Positions 1-10,496 of a DNA stretch of 64,000 bases are shown here, piece after piece; positions within the stretch are counted from its first letter, which is position 1; every line of letters begins with the position of its first letter. This stretch comes from Candidatus Roizmanbacteria bacterium (GTDB lineage Bacteria > Patescibacteriota > Microgenomatia > UBA1406). A program made the position numbers and the translations under genes. The stretch covers positions 32,626 to 96,625 of the forward strand of contig JANLHL010000016.1 in NCBI GenBank assembly GCA_024654535.1, written 5' to 3'. The notes under the pieces are model-generated. The model saw nothing but the letters and a program-made list of their open reading frames with translations, was not told the DNA's origin and searched no databases.

Positions 1-44
1 GAAATGGAAATCAGTATTTAAGAAACCGTTACAACATACCAGTT

Positions 45-362
45 ATGCATTCGCCAAGAGTGCACGGTTACGAGCATATGTTTCAAACTGAGAATAGACA
101 GACTATCATTAAGAATGTATTTTTCCTTGCATTTCTTTTTGCTATCAATGTATTTCTATCACAATTACTATTGGTAACTAATGTTACTATTCGGTCGAGT
201 GAATTGAAAGTGACGGAACTTGAAAAAGAAAATCAGAATTTACGAGTAAAATTGTCTCATTTTGAATCGAGTGACTATATTACGACTCAGGCAAAAAAAC
301 TAGATTTTATTACTGATCCTCCGGTCGTGTATATTATGCAGAATGAGTTTGCGCAAAAATGA
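45..362 (+). CDS. ftsL: FtsL/DivIC-like cell-division protein (septum formation initiator family)
   Basis: 105 aa; one TM helix (VFFLAFLFAINVFLSQLLLV) followed by a coiled-coil segment (ELKVTELEKENQNLRVKL); ATGA overlap with downstream ftsI, the canonical dcw position. Confidence 0.6.
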   Translation: MHSPRVHGYEHMFQTENRQTIIKNVFFLAFLFAINVFLSQLLLVTNVTIRSSELKVTELEKENQNLRVKLSHFESSDYITTQAKKLDFITDPPVVYIMQNEFAQK

Positions 363-2023
363 CCATAGTTAGGTTGGTATTTTTATTTTTTGTCATCGCG
401 TTTGGTTTTATCATGCACCGGCTATTCGTGATTCAGGTTTTAAGTTCTGACAATTACATACCTATACAAAAGTTTGTGACGGTTACAAAGGATTTATCAT
501 TGCGGGGTGAAATATTTGATACGAACAAGACGCCATTAGCAGTGAATACACAGGAGTATACCGTGTATGGTAACACTGACAGACTCCGAAAAGAGTATGA
601 CATACGAAAGAGCCTACAGAATATTCTTAAAATAAAAGACTCAACAATGAGTGCCATTCTCGATAAAAAACAATGGCAGAAAATTAAATCTGGTGTATCG
701 ACTGATACAAAAGATAAAATTGAAAAATATTATCCAACGTACATTAATATTGAAGACGAATGGGTTCGCGCTTATCCAGAAGGATCTATGTCTGCACAGG
801 TGTTAGGTTTTGTTGGTAGAGATGACATTGGTAATCCGAAAGGATATGTGGGTGTTGAGGGATATTTTGAACAAGAGCTAAGAGGTTTACCATCGGTTTC
901 CGAACGAGAGAGCGACTTAAGAGGGGTATCCTTTACCGGTGGTGCATCAAATGGTTCAAGCGGTAGGGCAGGTATGTCGCTGCGACTTACAATAGACCGT
1001 AATTTGCAAAAAATAGTCGAAGATCAGCTCTATAAAGGGGTAGAGCATTTCGATGCAAAGCAAGGGTGTGCAATAGTTATGGAGCCATACACGGGCAAGA
1101 TAAGAGCAATAGGGTGCGTTCCATCTTTTTCACCAGAAAAATATTATGAATATAAAGATGCAGATTTTACCAATGGACTTATTTCAACAATTTATGAACC
1201 TGGGTCTACCTTTAAGCCCCTCGTTGTAGCAATGGGTTTAGATACAAAATCCATAAAATCTGATCAAGTATTTGACGAAAAAGGACCGTATAGAATAGGG
1301 GAATATACTATACAAACGTGGAATAATGAATATAGTGGGAAAATAACGACAACACAAATTCTTGAAAAATCATCGAATGTAGGGATGGTTAAGATAATCG
1401 AAAAAATTAAAAAAAATTTGGTGAACGATTATTTAAATAAATTGGGTTTTCGTGAAAAAACAGGTATAGAAATTCAAGGAGAAACGACAGGTATAGTTAA
1501 AGATAGTGGTCAATGGTATCCAATTGATTATGCGACTTTATCATTTGGTCAGGGTATTGCTATAACGCCAATACAACTTGTCGCCGCGTTTTCAGCTCTT
1601 GCAAACGATGGATATGTTGTGAAACCAACAATTATTGATGATATAACAGACAGTTCTGGTAAAAAAGTCTATACAAGTAGTACCGTCAATAAGCGAACCG
1701 TATATTCTCCAAAAACTATTTCTACAATGAAAAAAATGCTGAACGATGCAATAGAACACTCAGAAGCAACGTATGCGCAAAAACCTGCCGGATACTCTTT
1801 CTGTGGAAAAACTGGCACGTCTCAAATACCTATTGAAGGACACTACGACCCAACAAAAACCATAGCTTCGTTTATAGGTTTTTTCCCTTGCGATAAGCCA
1901 AAAATGCTGATATTTGTCATGTATAAAGAACCAAAAGGATCTATATGGGGATCTGAAACTGCCGCACCTACCTTTTTTGAAATAGCTAATAGGCTGATTT
2001 TATACTATAATATAGCGCCGTAA
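359..2023 (+). CDS. ftsI: Class B penicillin-binding protein / peptidoglycan D,D-transpeptidase FtsI
   Basis: 554 aa; N-terminal TM; transpeptidase motifs STFKP (SxxK), SSN (SxN), KTGT; position after ftsL. Confidence 0.85.
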   Translation: MTIVRLVFLFFVIAFGFIMHRLFVIQVLSSDNYIPIQKFVTVTKDLSLRGEIFDTNKTPLAVNTQEYTVYGNTDRLRKEYDIRKSLQNILKIKDSTMSAILDKKQWQKIKSGVSTDTKDKIEKYYPTYINIEDEWVRAYPEGSMSAQVLGFVGRDDIGNPKGYVGVEGYFEQELRGLPSVSERESDLRGVSFTGGASNGSSGRAGMSLRLTIDRNLQKIVEDQLYKGVEHFDAKQGCAIVMEPYTGKIRAIGCVPSFSPEKYYEYKDADFTNGLISTIYEPGSTFKPLVVAMGLDTKSIKSDQVFDEKGPYRIGEYTIQTWNNEYSGKITTTQILEKSSNVGMVKIIEKIKKNLVNDYLNKLGFREKTGIEIQGETTGIVKDSGQWYPIDYATLSFGQGIAITPIQLVAAFSALANDGYVVKPTIIDDITDSSGKKVYTSSTVNKRTVYSPKTISTMKKMLNDAIEHSEATYAQKPAGYSFCGKTGTSQIPIEGHYDPTKTIASFIGFFPCDKPKMLIFVMYKEPKGSIWGSETAAPTFFEIANRLILYYNIAP

Positions 2024-2043
2024 TATATATTTGGTATGTATAT

Positions 2044-3270
2044 ATGAAAATATTTAAAAAAATGTACTGGTTTTTAAAAGCGCTTGCCGCAAATATCTGG
2101 TATGATTTTCCTTCAAAAAAAATTATAGTTGTTGGTGTAACAGGTACTGATGGTAAGACGACTACAACGACCATGATTTATCACATGCTGACAAGTCTGG
2201 GCGAAAAAGTGTCATATATTAGTACTGTTAAGGCAGTTGTCGCAGGAAAAACCTACGATTTAGGTTTCCACGTGACGACTCCATCTGCTTTTTTTATTCA
2301 AAAACAAATTAAACGTGCAGTTGATAATGGCGATAAATATGTTGTTTTGGAAGTGACTTCACACGGGCTTGACCAGCTACGTGTATGGGGCTGTACGTTC
2401 AAGGTAGGTGCAATAACAAATATAACGAAAGAACACTTAGACTACCATAAAAATATAAAAGAGTATGGCAACACGAAGCTTAAACTGTTGAACTCTTCGG
2501 AAATCGCTGTGGTGAATGCAGACAATCCAACCCACTATTTGTTTAGAAATTCTATAAAAAATAAGAGTCTTTGGTTTTGTTCGATTCAAAAGAAGGCAGA
2601 TTTTACGTTATCAGACCTGAAGGTGCATGGTCTAAATAGTGAAATTGACGGTTTTCAAGCTGAAAATATGGTTTTAGCGTATGCCGTTTTATGTGTTTTA
2701 GGTTTTGATGAAAAAAAGGCTGCACGCTCGCTTAATTCATTTAAGAATGTGAGGGGTAGATTAGATTATTTCGAAAAAAATAATAAGCGATTCTTAATAG
2801 ATTTTGCGCATACTCCCAATTCATTTAAACGACTTTTTGAATATGTAGAAAAGAATTATACCTATAGACACATAGTACATGTTTTTGGTTGTGCTGGAAA
2901 ACGCGACGCTATAAAGAGACCGGTAATGGGTCGTTACAGTGCACAAGAATGCAATACAATAATATTGACTGAAGAGGATTACAGAACAGAAAACATTGAA
3001 ACTATATTTAACGATATTGAAAAAGGGATTCGGAAGGAAAAGAAACATGAAAAAGGAAAGAACTATTTTTGTATTCCCGATAGGCTAGAGGCAATCCGTC
3101 ATGCGATACAGACAGCTACGTCGGAAGATATTATTTTGCTCACTGGAAAAGCGCATGAACAGAGTTTGGCTCGAGGTAACAAAGAATACCATTGGGATGA
3201 ATACGAAGCTGTCGATAAAGCGCTTTCAAAAAATACGCACGCTATTTCATCTGCTGGTCATGCTGTATAA
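2044..3270 (+). CDS. murE: Mur ligase, MurE-like (UDP-MurNAc-L-Ala-D-Glu:diamino acid ligase), short form lacking the usual N-terminal domain
   Basis: 408 aa; P-loop GVTGTDGKTTTT about 30 aa from the N-terminus; LTEEDYRTEN at the position of the MurE DNPR motif; follows ftsI as in dcw clusters. Confidence 0.7.
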   Translation: MKIFKKMYWFLKALAANIWYDFPSKKIIVVGVTGTDGKTTTTTMIYHMLTSLGEKVSYISTVKAVVAGKTYDLGFHVTTPSAFFIQKQIKRAVDNGDKYVVLEVTSHGLDQLRVWGCTFKVGAITNITKEHLDYHKNIKEYGNTKLKLLNSSEIAVVNADNPTHYLFRNSIKNKSLWFCSIQKKADFTLSDLKVHGLNSEIDGFQAENMVLAYAVLCVLGFDEKKAARSLNSFKNVRGRLDYFEKNNKRFLIDFAHTPNSFKRLFEYVEKNYTYRHIVHVFGCAGKRDAIKRPVMGRYSAQECNTIILTEEDYRTENIETIFNDIEKGIRKEKKHEKGKNYFCIPDRLEAIRHAIQTATSEDIILLTGKAHEQSLARGNKEYHWDEYEAVDKALSKNTHAISSAGHAV

Positions 3271-3964
3271 CCCCTCAAAAGAGATAAATTCTGAGTTGAT
3301 CAAGCCGATACATGGGGTTACTACTCGCTTTGATGGATCGTTCCAGTCACGGGAAAGCATTGTCAATTATTTATCGCATCGTATTCCAAACATTGATACA
3401 CATGCTATATTTGGAATACACCAAATCCATAGTTCTGACGTTCACGTTTTGCGCGCAACTGATAAACCAGACTATATTGACAGTCTAGATGTTGATGGAT
3501 TAATTCTAAAGAAAGGTAATGCACTCTCAAGTATATATGTTAAGGTTGCAGACTGTATTCCGCTCATTTTATGGGATGCAGAGACATTTACTTGTGCGGT
3601 GGTACATAGCGGTTGGAAGGGAACCTATGAAAATATTTCCCGTCGAACCATTGAAACAATGGTAAAGCTCGGAAGTAAACCGGCAAGCATTTATGCATTT
3701 ATTGGTCCTTATATTCATGATTGTTGCTACCAAGTAGACGACGTACGTGCACGGTTATTCAAGTCATCGTACATTCGATCAGTAGATGGTAGATTATATT
3801 TGAGTATAGGTACGGTAGTCGAAGATCAACTTATATATTTAGGCGTACCTAAAAAAAATATTGATCATTCTCCACTTTGTACGTCGTGTGATGCTCGTTT
3901 TTTTTCGTACTGGAGAGAAAATACCCACACGCATGGTACAATGGTAGCATACATAGCCGTATGA
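3260..3964 (+). CDS. pgeF: Peptidoglycan editing factor PgeF / YfiH (polyphenol-oxidase-like, DUF152)
   Basis: ATG at 3260 chosen over the 3101 ORF-track start, which lies inside murE; motifs QIHSSDV, ADCIPL, HSGWKG typical of YfiH; ATGA overlap with murC. Confidence 0.75.
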   Translation: MLYNPSKEINSELIKPIHGVTTRFDGSFQSRESIVNYLSHRIPNIDTHAIFGIHQIHSSDVHVLRATDKPDYIDSLDVDGLILKKGNALSSIYVKVADCIPLILWDAETFTCAVVHSGWKGTYENISRRTIETMVKLGSKPASIYAFIGPYIHDCCYQVDDVRARLFKSSYIRSVDGRLYLSIGTVVEDQLIYLGVPKKNIDHSPLCTSCDARFFSYWRENTHTHGTMVAYIAV

Positions 3965-5373
3965 AAACTACAATACACGCAGCGCATTTTGTTGGTATCC
4001 AAGGAGTAGGTATGAGTGCTCTTGCACTCATCTATAAAGATAAAGGTATCAATGTGAATGGTTCTGATGCGGGTGAAGAATTTGACACATTTCAAGAGCT
4101 TAGGAATCGTGGCATCACAGTATATAGCGAATTTTCACCCTCTCATGTTATGGGAGACGTTGTTATCTATGGTGGCGCACATAACGGAGAAAAAAATATA
4201 GAGGTTATGTACGCAAAGAGTAAAGGTATACCAACAGTCTCATTTGCACAAGCGCTTGGAAATCTATCAAGTGAAAAAATAACGCTTGCAATATGTGGGT
4301 GCCATGGCAAAACTACAACTTCCGCACTTTCGGCATACGTATTGGATAGTGTCTTATCGCAGGTTAGCTATGCTGTTGGAGCTGCACACTTTTCAGATAA
4401 GCCTGCTGGAAAATGGACAGAAAATTCCGCTCTTTTTGTTGTCGAGGCAGATGAATATGTCGTTGATCCACAGACAGATTCACGACCAAAATTCTCACTT
4501 CTTTCTCCACGGTATATAATTGCAACAGTTTTCGACTACGACCATGTCGATATGTATGCTTCGGTCGAAGAGCTTAGGAGTGTTTATGCACGATTTTTTG
4601 AATCTGTGCCCCAATCAGGAATAATTTTTGTTAATGCAGATGATGCAGTATTACCGAAGCTTGTTTCAAAGGTAAAGACACGTGTCGTTACGTATGGTAC
4701 GAGTCAAAAAGCAGATTATAGGACTCACTCTATAACTCGACAGAATAATCGTACAGTTTTTTCTGTAACTATAAAAGGTGGTAAGGAATATATATTTACT
4801 CTTAATCTTCATGGAAAACACAACGCTGTGAATGCAACAGGGGTCATCGCTTTTTGTAATGAATACGGACTTGATCTAAAAAAATGTGCCCAAGCACTAT
4901 CGTTATTCAGTGGTGTTCGTCGAAGACTAGAGTTGCACTATGACAAAAATGATATCGTTGTGCTCGATGATTATGCGCATCACCCCGCAGAAATAACTGC
5001 CACACTCAACGCCGTGAGGACTTCGTACAAGAACAAAAAAATAGCAGTACTTTTTCAACCGCATACTTTCTCGCGCACAAAACATTTTTTATCAGGTTTT
5101 ATCGAGAGTTTATCTGATGCGGATTATGTTGGGGTATTACCAATATTTGCTTCGAAAAGGGAGCTATTAGATGACAAGATTTCATCTGAGATGCTGGTAT
5201 CTAGAGCCCATGAATTAAGACAAGGAAACTTTAACTATATAAGAAATGAAGAAGCAATAAACTCATGGTTAAAAACTTTATCGAAAGAGAAGTTAGTCAT
5301 AGTGACTATGGGTGCTGGCGATGTCTATACCTACACGAATGCAATAAAAAAGTTTTTTGAATGTCATGAATAA
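3961..5373 (+). CDS. murC: UDP-N-acetylmuramate--L-alanine ligase
   Basis: 470 aa; HFVGIQGVGMSALA N-terminus typical of MurC; Mur ligase P-loop GCHGKTTT; DDYAHHP. Confidence 0.9.
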   Translation: MKTTIHAAHFVGIQGVGMSALALIYKDKGINVNGSDAGEEFDTFQELRNRGITVYSEFSPSHVMGDVVIYGGAHNGEKNIEVMYAKSKGIPTVSFAQALGNLSSEKITLAICGCHGKTTTSALSAYVLDSVLSQVSYAVGAAHFSDKPAGKWTENSALFVVEADEYVVDPQTDSRPKFSLLSPRYIIATVFDYDHVDMYASVEELRSVYARFFESVPQSGIIFVNADDAVLPKLVSKVKTRVVTYGTSQKADYRTHSITRQNNRTVFSVTIKGGKEYIFTLNLHGKHNAVNATGVIAFCNEYGLDLKKCAQALSLFSGVRRRLELHYDKNDIVVLDDYAHHPAEITATLNAVRTSYKNKKIAVLFQPHTFSRTKHFLSGFIESLSDADYVGVLPIFASKRELLDDKISSEMLVSRAHELRQGNFNYIRNEEAINSWLKTLSKEKLVIVTMGAGDVYTYTNAIKKFFECHE

Positions 5374-6310
5374 GGATCAAAAAGGAGCGCTTTCCAAGAT
5401 GGTTGATACTGGAAGAATCATTTACAATACACCACTAGCACCGTTAACGAGTATAAAGATTGGCGGTAGTGCAGATGCGCTTATATATGCACATAGCGAA
5501 CATGAAATTGCCCAGGTAGTTGGCTACGCAAAAAATGAGCAAATACCACTCTATATTTTAGGTGGCGGCTCAAACATTGTGTTTTCTGACGAAGGATACA
5601 GAGGTATCGTATTAAAGCTTACCGCTGGTAAAGAGCTAGTTGAACGTGACACGAGAACCTGTCGGATCACTTTTTCATCTGGATATATATCTCACTTGGC
5701 GTCTGTTCGAGCTGTACAAAATGGTTGTGGAGGATTTGAAGGAATGTATGGATTGCCAGGGACTATAGGCGGAGCGCTCTACATGAATTCAAAGTGGCCC
5801 GCAGGTCACTTCACGACGGCTGATAGACTCGTTTCTATTTTGTACATGGCTGAAGACGGTATAACAACAACGCTTACAAAGGAAGAACTTATGTTTTCCT
5901 ATGGATTTAGTATGTTGCAAAATCGATCTGGGATAGTCCTTTCGGCCACATTTGAGTTTGAACTCGAAGATCCGAAGAATATTCAACATAAGTGTGATTT
6001 AGTTATGAATTATCGTCAGACAACACAGCCCATAGGAGTACACACAGCAGGCTGTGTATTCAAGAATATATCCCTCGAAGAAATGGAGCATGCTCATCTT
6101 CCAACGCGTTCTGCAGGTTATTTTATAGATAAGTGTGGTTTAAAGGGTGAACGAAAAAATGGCTTGGTCATTTCCGATATACATGCAAATTTCTTTATAA
6201 ACGAGTCGGGCGCAACAGCAAAAGATTTCATATACTTAAAGGAGAAAGTGAAAGACAGGGTATATAAAAAATTTAATGTGTTATTGCGAGAAGAAGTATT
6301 AGTAGTTTAA
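5366..6310 (+). CDS. murB: UDP-N-acetylenolpyruvoylglucosamine reductase
   Basis: FAD-binding PCMH-type N-terminus (TSIKIGGSADALIY, ILGGGSNIV) and MurB C-terminal domain; ATG at 5366 preferred to the TTG at 5357. Confidence 0.85.
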   Translation: MNKDQKGALSKMVDTGRIIYNTPLAPLTSIKIGGSADALIYAHSEHEIAQVVGYAKNEQIPLYILGGGSNIVFSDEGYRGIVLKLTAGKELVERDTRTCRITFSSGYISHLASVRAVQNGCGGFEGMYGLPGTIGGALYMNSKWPAGHFTTADRLVSILYMAEDGITTTLTKEELMFSYGFSMLQNRSGIVLSATFEFELEDPKNIQHKCDLVMNYRQTTQPIGVHTAGCVFKNISLEEMEHAHLPTRSAGYFIDKCGLKGERKNGLVISDIHANFFINESGATAKDFIYLKEKVKDRVYKKFNVLLREEVLVV

Positions 6311-6321
6311 AGTTAGGAAAA

Positions 6322-7641
6322 ATGTTTTATGTCATAAATGGAGGAGCAAAATTAAAGGGAGAGGTTGAAGTTTCAGGTGCTAAGAATGTAGCACTAAAAA
6401 TGATTGTTGCAGCACTCCTTTTAAAAGGTATGTCGAGAATAGAAAATGTGCCAAAGATAAGCGATGTTATTTCGCTCATAGATATTATTAACAGACTTGG
6501 AGGTCATGCCACATTTGTTGATAAAAATGTTGTTGAAGTTGAAAATACGCTTACTCACAGTGCTGTTTCTATTGCGGATGCTACTCGTACTCGAGTATCT
6601 TTTTTGCTGATAGCACCACTTTTGTATACCTTTAAAAAAGTTACTATACCAAACCCTGGGGGATGTCGTTTGGGTGCTCGACCTGTCGATAGGCTTGTCG
6701 AGAGTCTACGTACCCTTGGTGCAGAAATAAACTATGATTCCGACGATGGTTGCTATCATGCTTCATATACATCTTTACATTGCGGCACGATAACATTCGA
6801 AAAAAAGACGCATACCGGAACAGAGCTCGCTATTATGGCAAGCGCTTGTATAGAAGGTGAAACTATTATACAGAACAGTGCACTTGAGCCTGAAATAGAT
6901 GAACTTATTTATTTTTTTAATCTTGCAGGAGCTAAGGTGTTTCGTCGGGGCGACGATATCGTAGTAAATGGTAAAGATACACTCACATCTGTCCATGCCA
7001 CTGTTTCTCCGGATAGAAATGAAGCTATTTCATTTTTAGTGCTCTCAGCTCTAACAAATGGATCGGTCGGTGTACGAGGCGTGCAGAAAAAGACAATAAA
7101 AACTTTTTTAACGTATGTTGAGAAAGCAGATCTAGTCTATGAAGAGAAATCAGATGTATCACGTATAAAAAAAAGAGGGATGATACAGCCGACTAATATT
7201 GTTACTGCACCACACCCCGGGTTTATGACTGATTGGCAGCCACTATGGGCAATTCTGATGACGCAGGCACACGGAGTAAGCACTATTCATGAAACAGTTT
7301 TTGAAGATAGATTTGGCTATGTGAACGAGCTCAATAAGTTTGGTGCCCATCTTGCATTTTGGGATCCAAAACAATCGAATACAGCGGCAATATACCAATT
7401 TGAAACAAACGAACAAAGCGATCTATCAAAGCAAGCTATACGTATTAGTGGCCCTACCAAATTGCATAATGCTTCAGCTCGAATGACCGATTTACGGGCA
7501 GGTGCATGTTTAGTCCTCGCTGCACTATTAGCAGAAGGAAAGAGCGTTATCAGTGGAGCTGAACAGATAGAGCGTGGGTATGAACAGCTGCTACACAAGC
7601 TTCGGACTATCGGTGCTTCAATAGATAAGATCGAAGACTAA
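6322..7641 (+). CDS. murA: UDP-N-acetylglucosamine 1-carboxyvinyltransferase
   Basis: 439 aa; EPSP-synthase-fold; active-site loop PGGCRLGARPVD; AGGA 7 nt upstream of the ATG. Confidence 0.9.
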   Translation: MFYVINGGAKLKGEVEVSGAKNVALKMIVAALLLKGMSRIENVPKISDVISLIDIINRLGGHATFVDKNVVEVENTLTHSAVSIADATRTRVSFLLIAPLLYTFKKVTIPNPGGCRLGARPVDRLVESLRTLGAEINYDSDDGCYHASYTSLHCGTITFEKKTHTGTELAIMASACIEGETIIQNSALEPEIDELIYFFNLAGAKVFRRGDDIVVNGKDTLTSVHATVSPDRNEAISFLVLSALTNGSVGVRGVQKKTIKTFLTYVEKADLVYEEKSDVSRIKKRGMIQPTNIVTAPHPGFMTDWQPLWAILMTQAHGVSTIHETVFEDRFGYVNELNKFGAHLAFWDPKQSNTAAIYQFETNEQSDLSKQAIRISGPTKLHNASARMTDLRAGACLVLAALLAEGKSVISGAEQIERGYEQLLHKLRTIGASIDKIED

Positions 7642-7684
7642 GCTCGTCTCTTGCTTTTTTCACGCATTTACTCAATAATGTGAT

Positions 7685-8293
7685 ATGCATATGCAAAGGG
7701 TATTTTTATTGTGTAAGAAAACAATCCTATGGGTAAGTATGTTTGCATTACTAACAGTTGTACAATTTTCAGTAGTGCTTGCGACGTATTCATATGTACA
7801 CAAGAGCTCGGTAGTCATGTCTGCGTTATTTCTTCGTACTGGGGATGGATACAACAAACAAAAGAGCGCACTCATCTTGGGAGAAGAAACGGGACCTGGA
7901 TCGACTGATGCACGCAAAGCTATCATCCAAGATTTTATACAGAGATATAACCCTAATTCACCACTGTTAGCGTATATAGATACTATGATGAGTGCTTCGG
8001 ATAAATATAATTTACATTATGGACTATTGCCAGCAATTGCTATGGTTGAATCTGGGTTGTGTCGGAAAATACCTGAATATTCATATAACTGTTGGGGGTG
8101 GGGTATTTATGGAAAAAATGTTATACGGTTTAGTTCGTACAACAATGCTATCGAGACTGTCGCAAAGGGTTTGGGAGAACGCTATGTACAGCAAGGATTA
8201 TCAACGCCTGAAGACATAGTCCGTAAGTACAATCCGACAAACCATAACGATTGGTCAGGTTCTGTTCGGTATTTTTTGAATATATTTGAATAA
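7685..8293 (+). CDS. Membrane-anchored glucosaminidase/lysozyme-like cell-wall hydrolase
   Basis: 202 aa; N-terminal TM; AMVESGLC...NCWGWGIYG...FSSYNNAIETVAKGL pattern resembles the mannosyl-glycoprotein endo-beta-N-acetylglucosaminidase domain. Confidence 0.5.
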   Translation: MHMQRVFLLCKKTILWVSMFALLTVVQFSVVLATYSYVHKSSVVMSALFLRTGDGYNKQKSALILGEETGPGSTDARKAIIQDFIQRYNPNSPLLAYIDTMMSASDKYNLHYGLLPAIAMVESGLCRKIPEYSYNCWGWGIYGKNVIRFSSYNNAIETVAKGLGERYVQQGLSTPEDIVRKYNPTNHNDWSGSVRYFLNIFE

Positions 8294-8348
8294 TTAGCAG
8301 ACAAAATTTTTGCTTGCCAATTTATTAAGTATTCGATACTATATAAGC

Positions 8349-10496
8349 ATGCAAATGAATTATGAGCCGCCACAAGAGACTGGTTCGATGCTCGAAATGC
8401 ATGTGCTGAATTTTACGAAACTTGCTCGCGAAAATAAGCTCGATCCGGTCATCGGTAGAGACAGCGAAGTGCGCCGCATTATGCAGATTCTTACCCGTCG
8501 TACGAAAAATAATCCAGTGCTTCTTGGTGACCCAGGCGTTGGTAAAACGGCGCTCGTTGAGGGCCTTGCACAGAGAATAGCAATAGGCGACGTTCCGAGT
8601 ATTTTAAAGAATAAAGAAGTTATTAGTCTAGATTTAGCATCTATGCTAGCTGGGGCAGCGTATAGGGGTGAATTTGAAAAACGCTTGAAGGGTTTGTTGA
8701 AGGAGATACAGCAATCAAATGGAAAATATATTTTGTTTATAGACGAAATACATACTCTCGTTGGCGCTGGTGGGGCTGAAGGTACTATGGATGCAGCAAA
8801 TATGTTGAAACCAGCGCTCGCTCGGGGAGATTTACGCGCAATTGGTGCGACGACACTGCGTGAATATAGAACCTACATTGAAAAAGACGTTGCCCTTGCA
8901 CGCAGATTTCAGCCAGTGTTTGTTGAAGAACCAACCCAAGAAGATTCTATTGCCATACTACGTGGATTAAAACAGAAATATGAGATACACCATGGTATTC
9001 GTATAGCGGATTCCGCTCTTATAGCTGCCGTTGGGCTTTCAAAGCGGTATATACCAGATAGGTTTTTACCAGATAAAGCAATAGACCTTGTCGATGAGGC
9101 AGCCTCTGCGTTGAAAATAGAAATAGATTCATCTCCGCTTAGTATAGACGAACTGCGACGCACACTCACGCAAGAAGAAATAGAGGTAACAGCACTCAAA
9201 CGCGAAAAAGACAGTGCAACAAAAAAAAGTGTAATTGAGAAGCAAGAAAGTATTAAAAAGAAGCGCGAAAAGTTGACTATTTTGGAATCTCGTTGGAACA
9301 GTCAAAAAAAACTGTTGCAAGAAACAACGAAACTGAGAACAGAGCTAGAAAAGAAAAACCAGGAACTTGAAGATGCGCAACGTGAAGCGATCTTGGATAA
9401 AGCGGCAGAGTTGAAATATGGTGCCATTCCACAGTTGAAAGAAAAACTAAAACAATCTACTGAAGAATGGGAACGGATACCGAAAGACGAACGATTACTA
9501 AAAGAAGAAGTTACGGAAGATGACATTGCTACCATTGTTGCGCGATGGACCGGAATACCAGTCAAGCGAATGCTCCAGTCAGAACGTGAAAAACTGCTTC
9601 ATCTAGAAGAGGATATGCACAAGCGTGTCATTGATCAGGTTGACGCTATAGAGAAAATCGCACGCGCGATTCGTCGCTCTCGAGCAGGATTTTCTAAAGG
9701 AACAAAACCTATGGGCGTTTTTTTGTTTGTTGGACCTACCGGTGTGGGTAAAACAGAAACGGCAAAAGCGTTAGCGTACAGTTTGTTTAACGATGAGCAT
9801 GCACTCATTCGTATAGATATGAGTGAATATAGTGAGGCGCATACAATTTCGCGCCTCATCGGCGCACCACCAGGGTATATTGGATTTGAGCAAGGCGGAC
9901 AGCTTACCGAGGCAGTGCGTAGAAAGCCATATTCGATAGTGCTCTTTGATGAAGTTGAAAAAGCGCATCAACAGATATTTAATATTTTTTTACAGATATT
10001 TGATGACGGTCAGCTCACCGATGGCCAGGGAAGGGTGGTTAGTTTTACAAACACGATAATCATTATGACATCAAACCTAGGAAGTGAAGACATTATTGAA
10101 GCCGGAAAAGTTGATAAAGCAGTGGCTGAAAAGATTAGTGCACGGATTCAGAAGTATTTCAAACCTGAAATCCTTAATAGAATTGATGCACAAATATTGT
10201 TTGAACCGCTTACCAAAGCAATGATGAAGGATATTGTTGCTTTGCAGCTCGGTGAAATAAAGAAAGATATGCAGGGAAAGAATATAGATGTGCACTTTAC
10301 TGATAGTCTTATCACACATTTGGTAGAAACGGGTTTTGACCCGCTCTTTGGGGCTCGCCCAGTGCAAAGGCTTATCAATGAAGAGGTTTTAGATGAACTT
10401 GCATACCGATTTATAGAAGGCAAAATTGTGGAAGGAAGTTCGCTTTCAATCGGGTTCGAAAAAAATAAGATCGTTATAATTGACCGTCATGCATGA
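8349..10496 (+). CDS. clpB: ClpB-type AAA+ disaggregase, natively lacking the N-terminal domain
   Basis: Two AAA+ modules (GDPGVGKTA and GPTGVGKTE Walker A) separated by a long coiled-coil M-domain; sequence starts at the equivalent of about residue 145 of E. coli ClpB (KLDPVIGRDSEVRR); ATG 8349 preferred to TTG 8310. Confidence 0.85.
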   Translation: MQMNYEPPQETGSMLEMHVLNFTKLARENKLDPVIGRDSEVRRIMQILTRRTKNNPVLLGDPGVGKTALVEGLAQRIAIGDVPSILKNKEVISLDLASMLAGAAYRGEFEKRLKGLLKEIQQSNGKYILFIDEIHTLVGAGGAEGTMDAANMLKPALARGDLRAIGATTLREYRTYIEKDVALARRFQPVFVEEPTQEDSIAILRGLKQKYEIHHGIRIADSALIAAVGLSKRYIPDRFLPDKAIDLVDEAASALKIEIDSSPLSIDELRRTLTQEEIEVTALKREKDSATKKSVIEKQESIKKKREKLTILESRWNSQKKLLQETTKLRTELEKKNQELEDAQREAILDKAAELKYGAIPQLKEKLKQSTEEWERIPKDERLLKEEVTEDDIATIVARWTGIPVKRMLQSEREKLLHLEEDMHKRVIDQVDAIEKIARAIRRSRAGFSKGTKPMGVFLFVGPTGVGKTETAKALAYSLFNDEHALIRIDMSEYSEAHTISRLIGAPPGYIGFEQGGQLTEAVRRKPYSIVLFDEVEKAHQQIFNIFLQIFDDGQLTDGQGRVVSFTNTIIIMTSNLGSEDIIEAGKVDKAVAEKISARIQKYFKPEILNRIDAQILFEPLTKAMMKDIVALQLGEIKKDMQGKNIDVHFTDSLITHLVETGFDPLFGARPVQRLINEEVLDELAYRFIEGKIVEGSSLSIGFEKNKIVIIDRHA

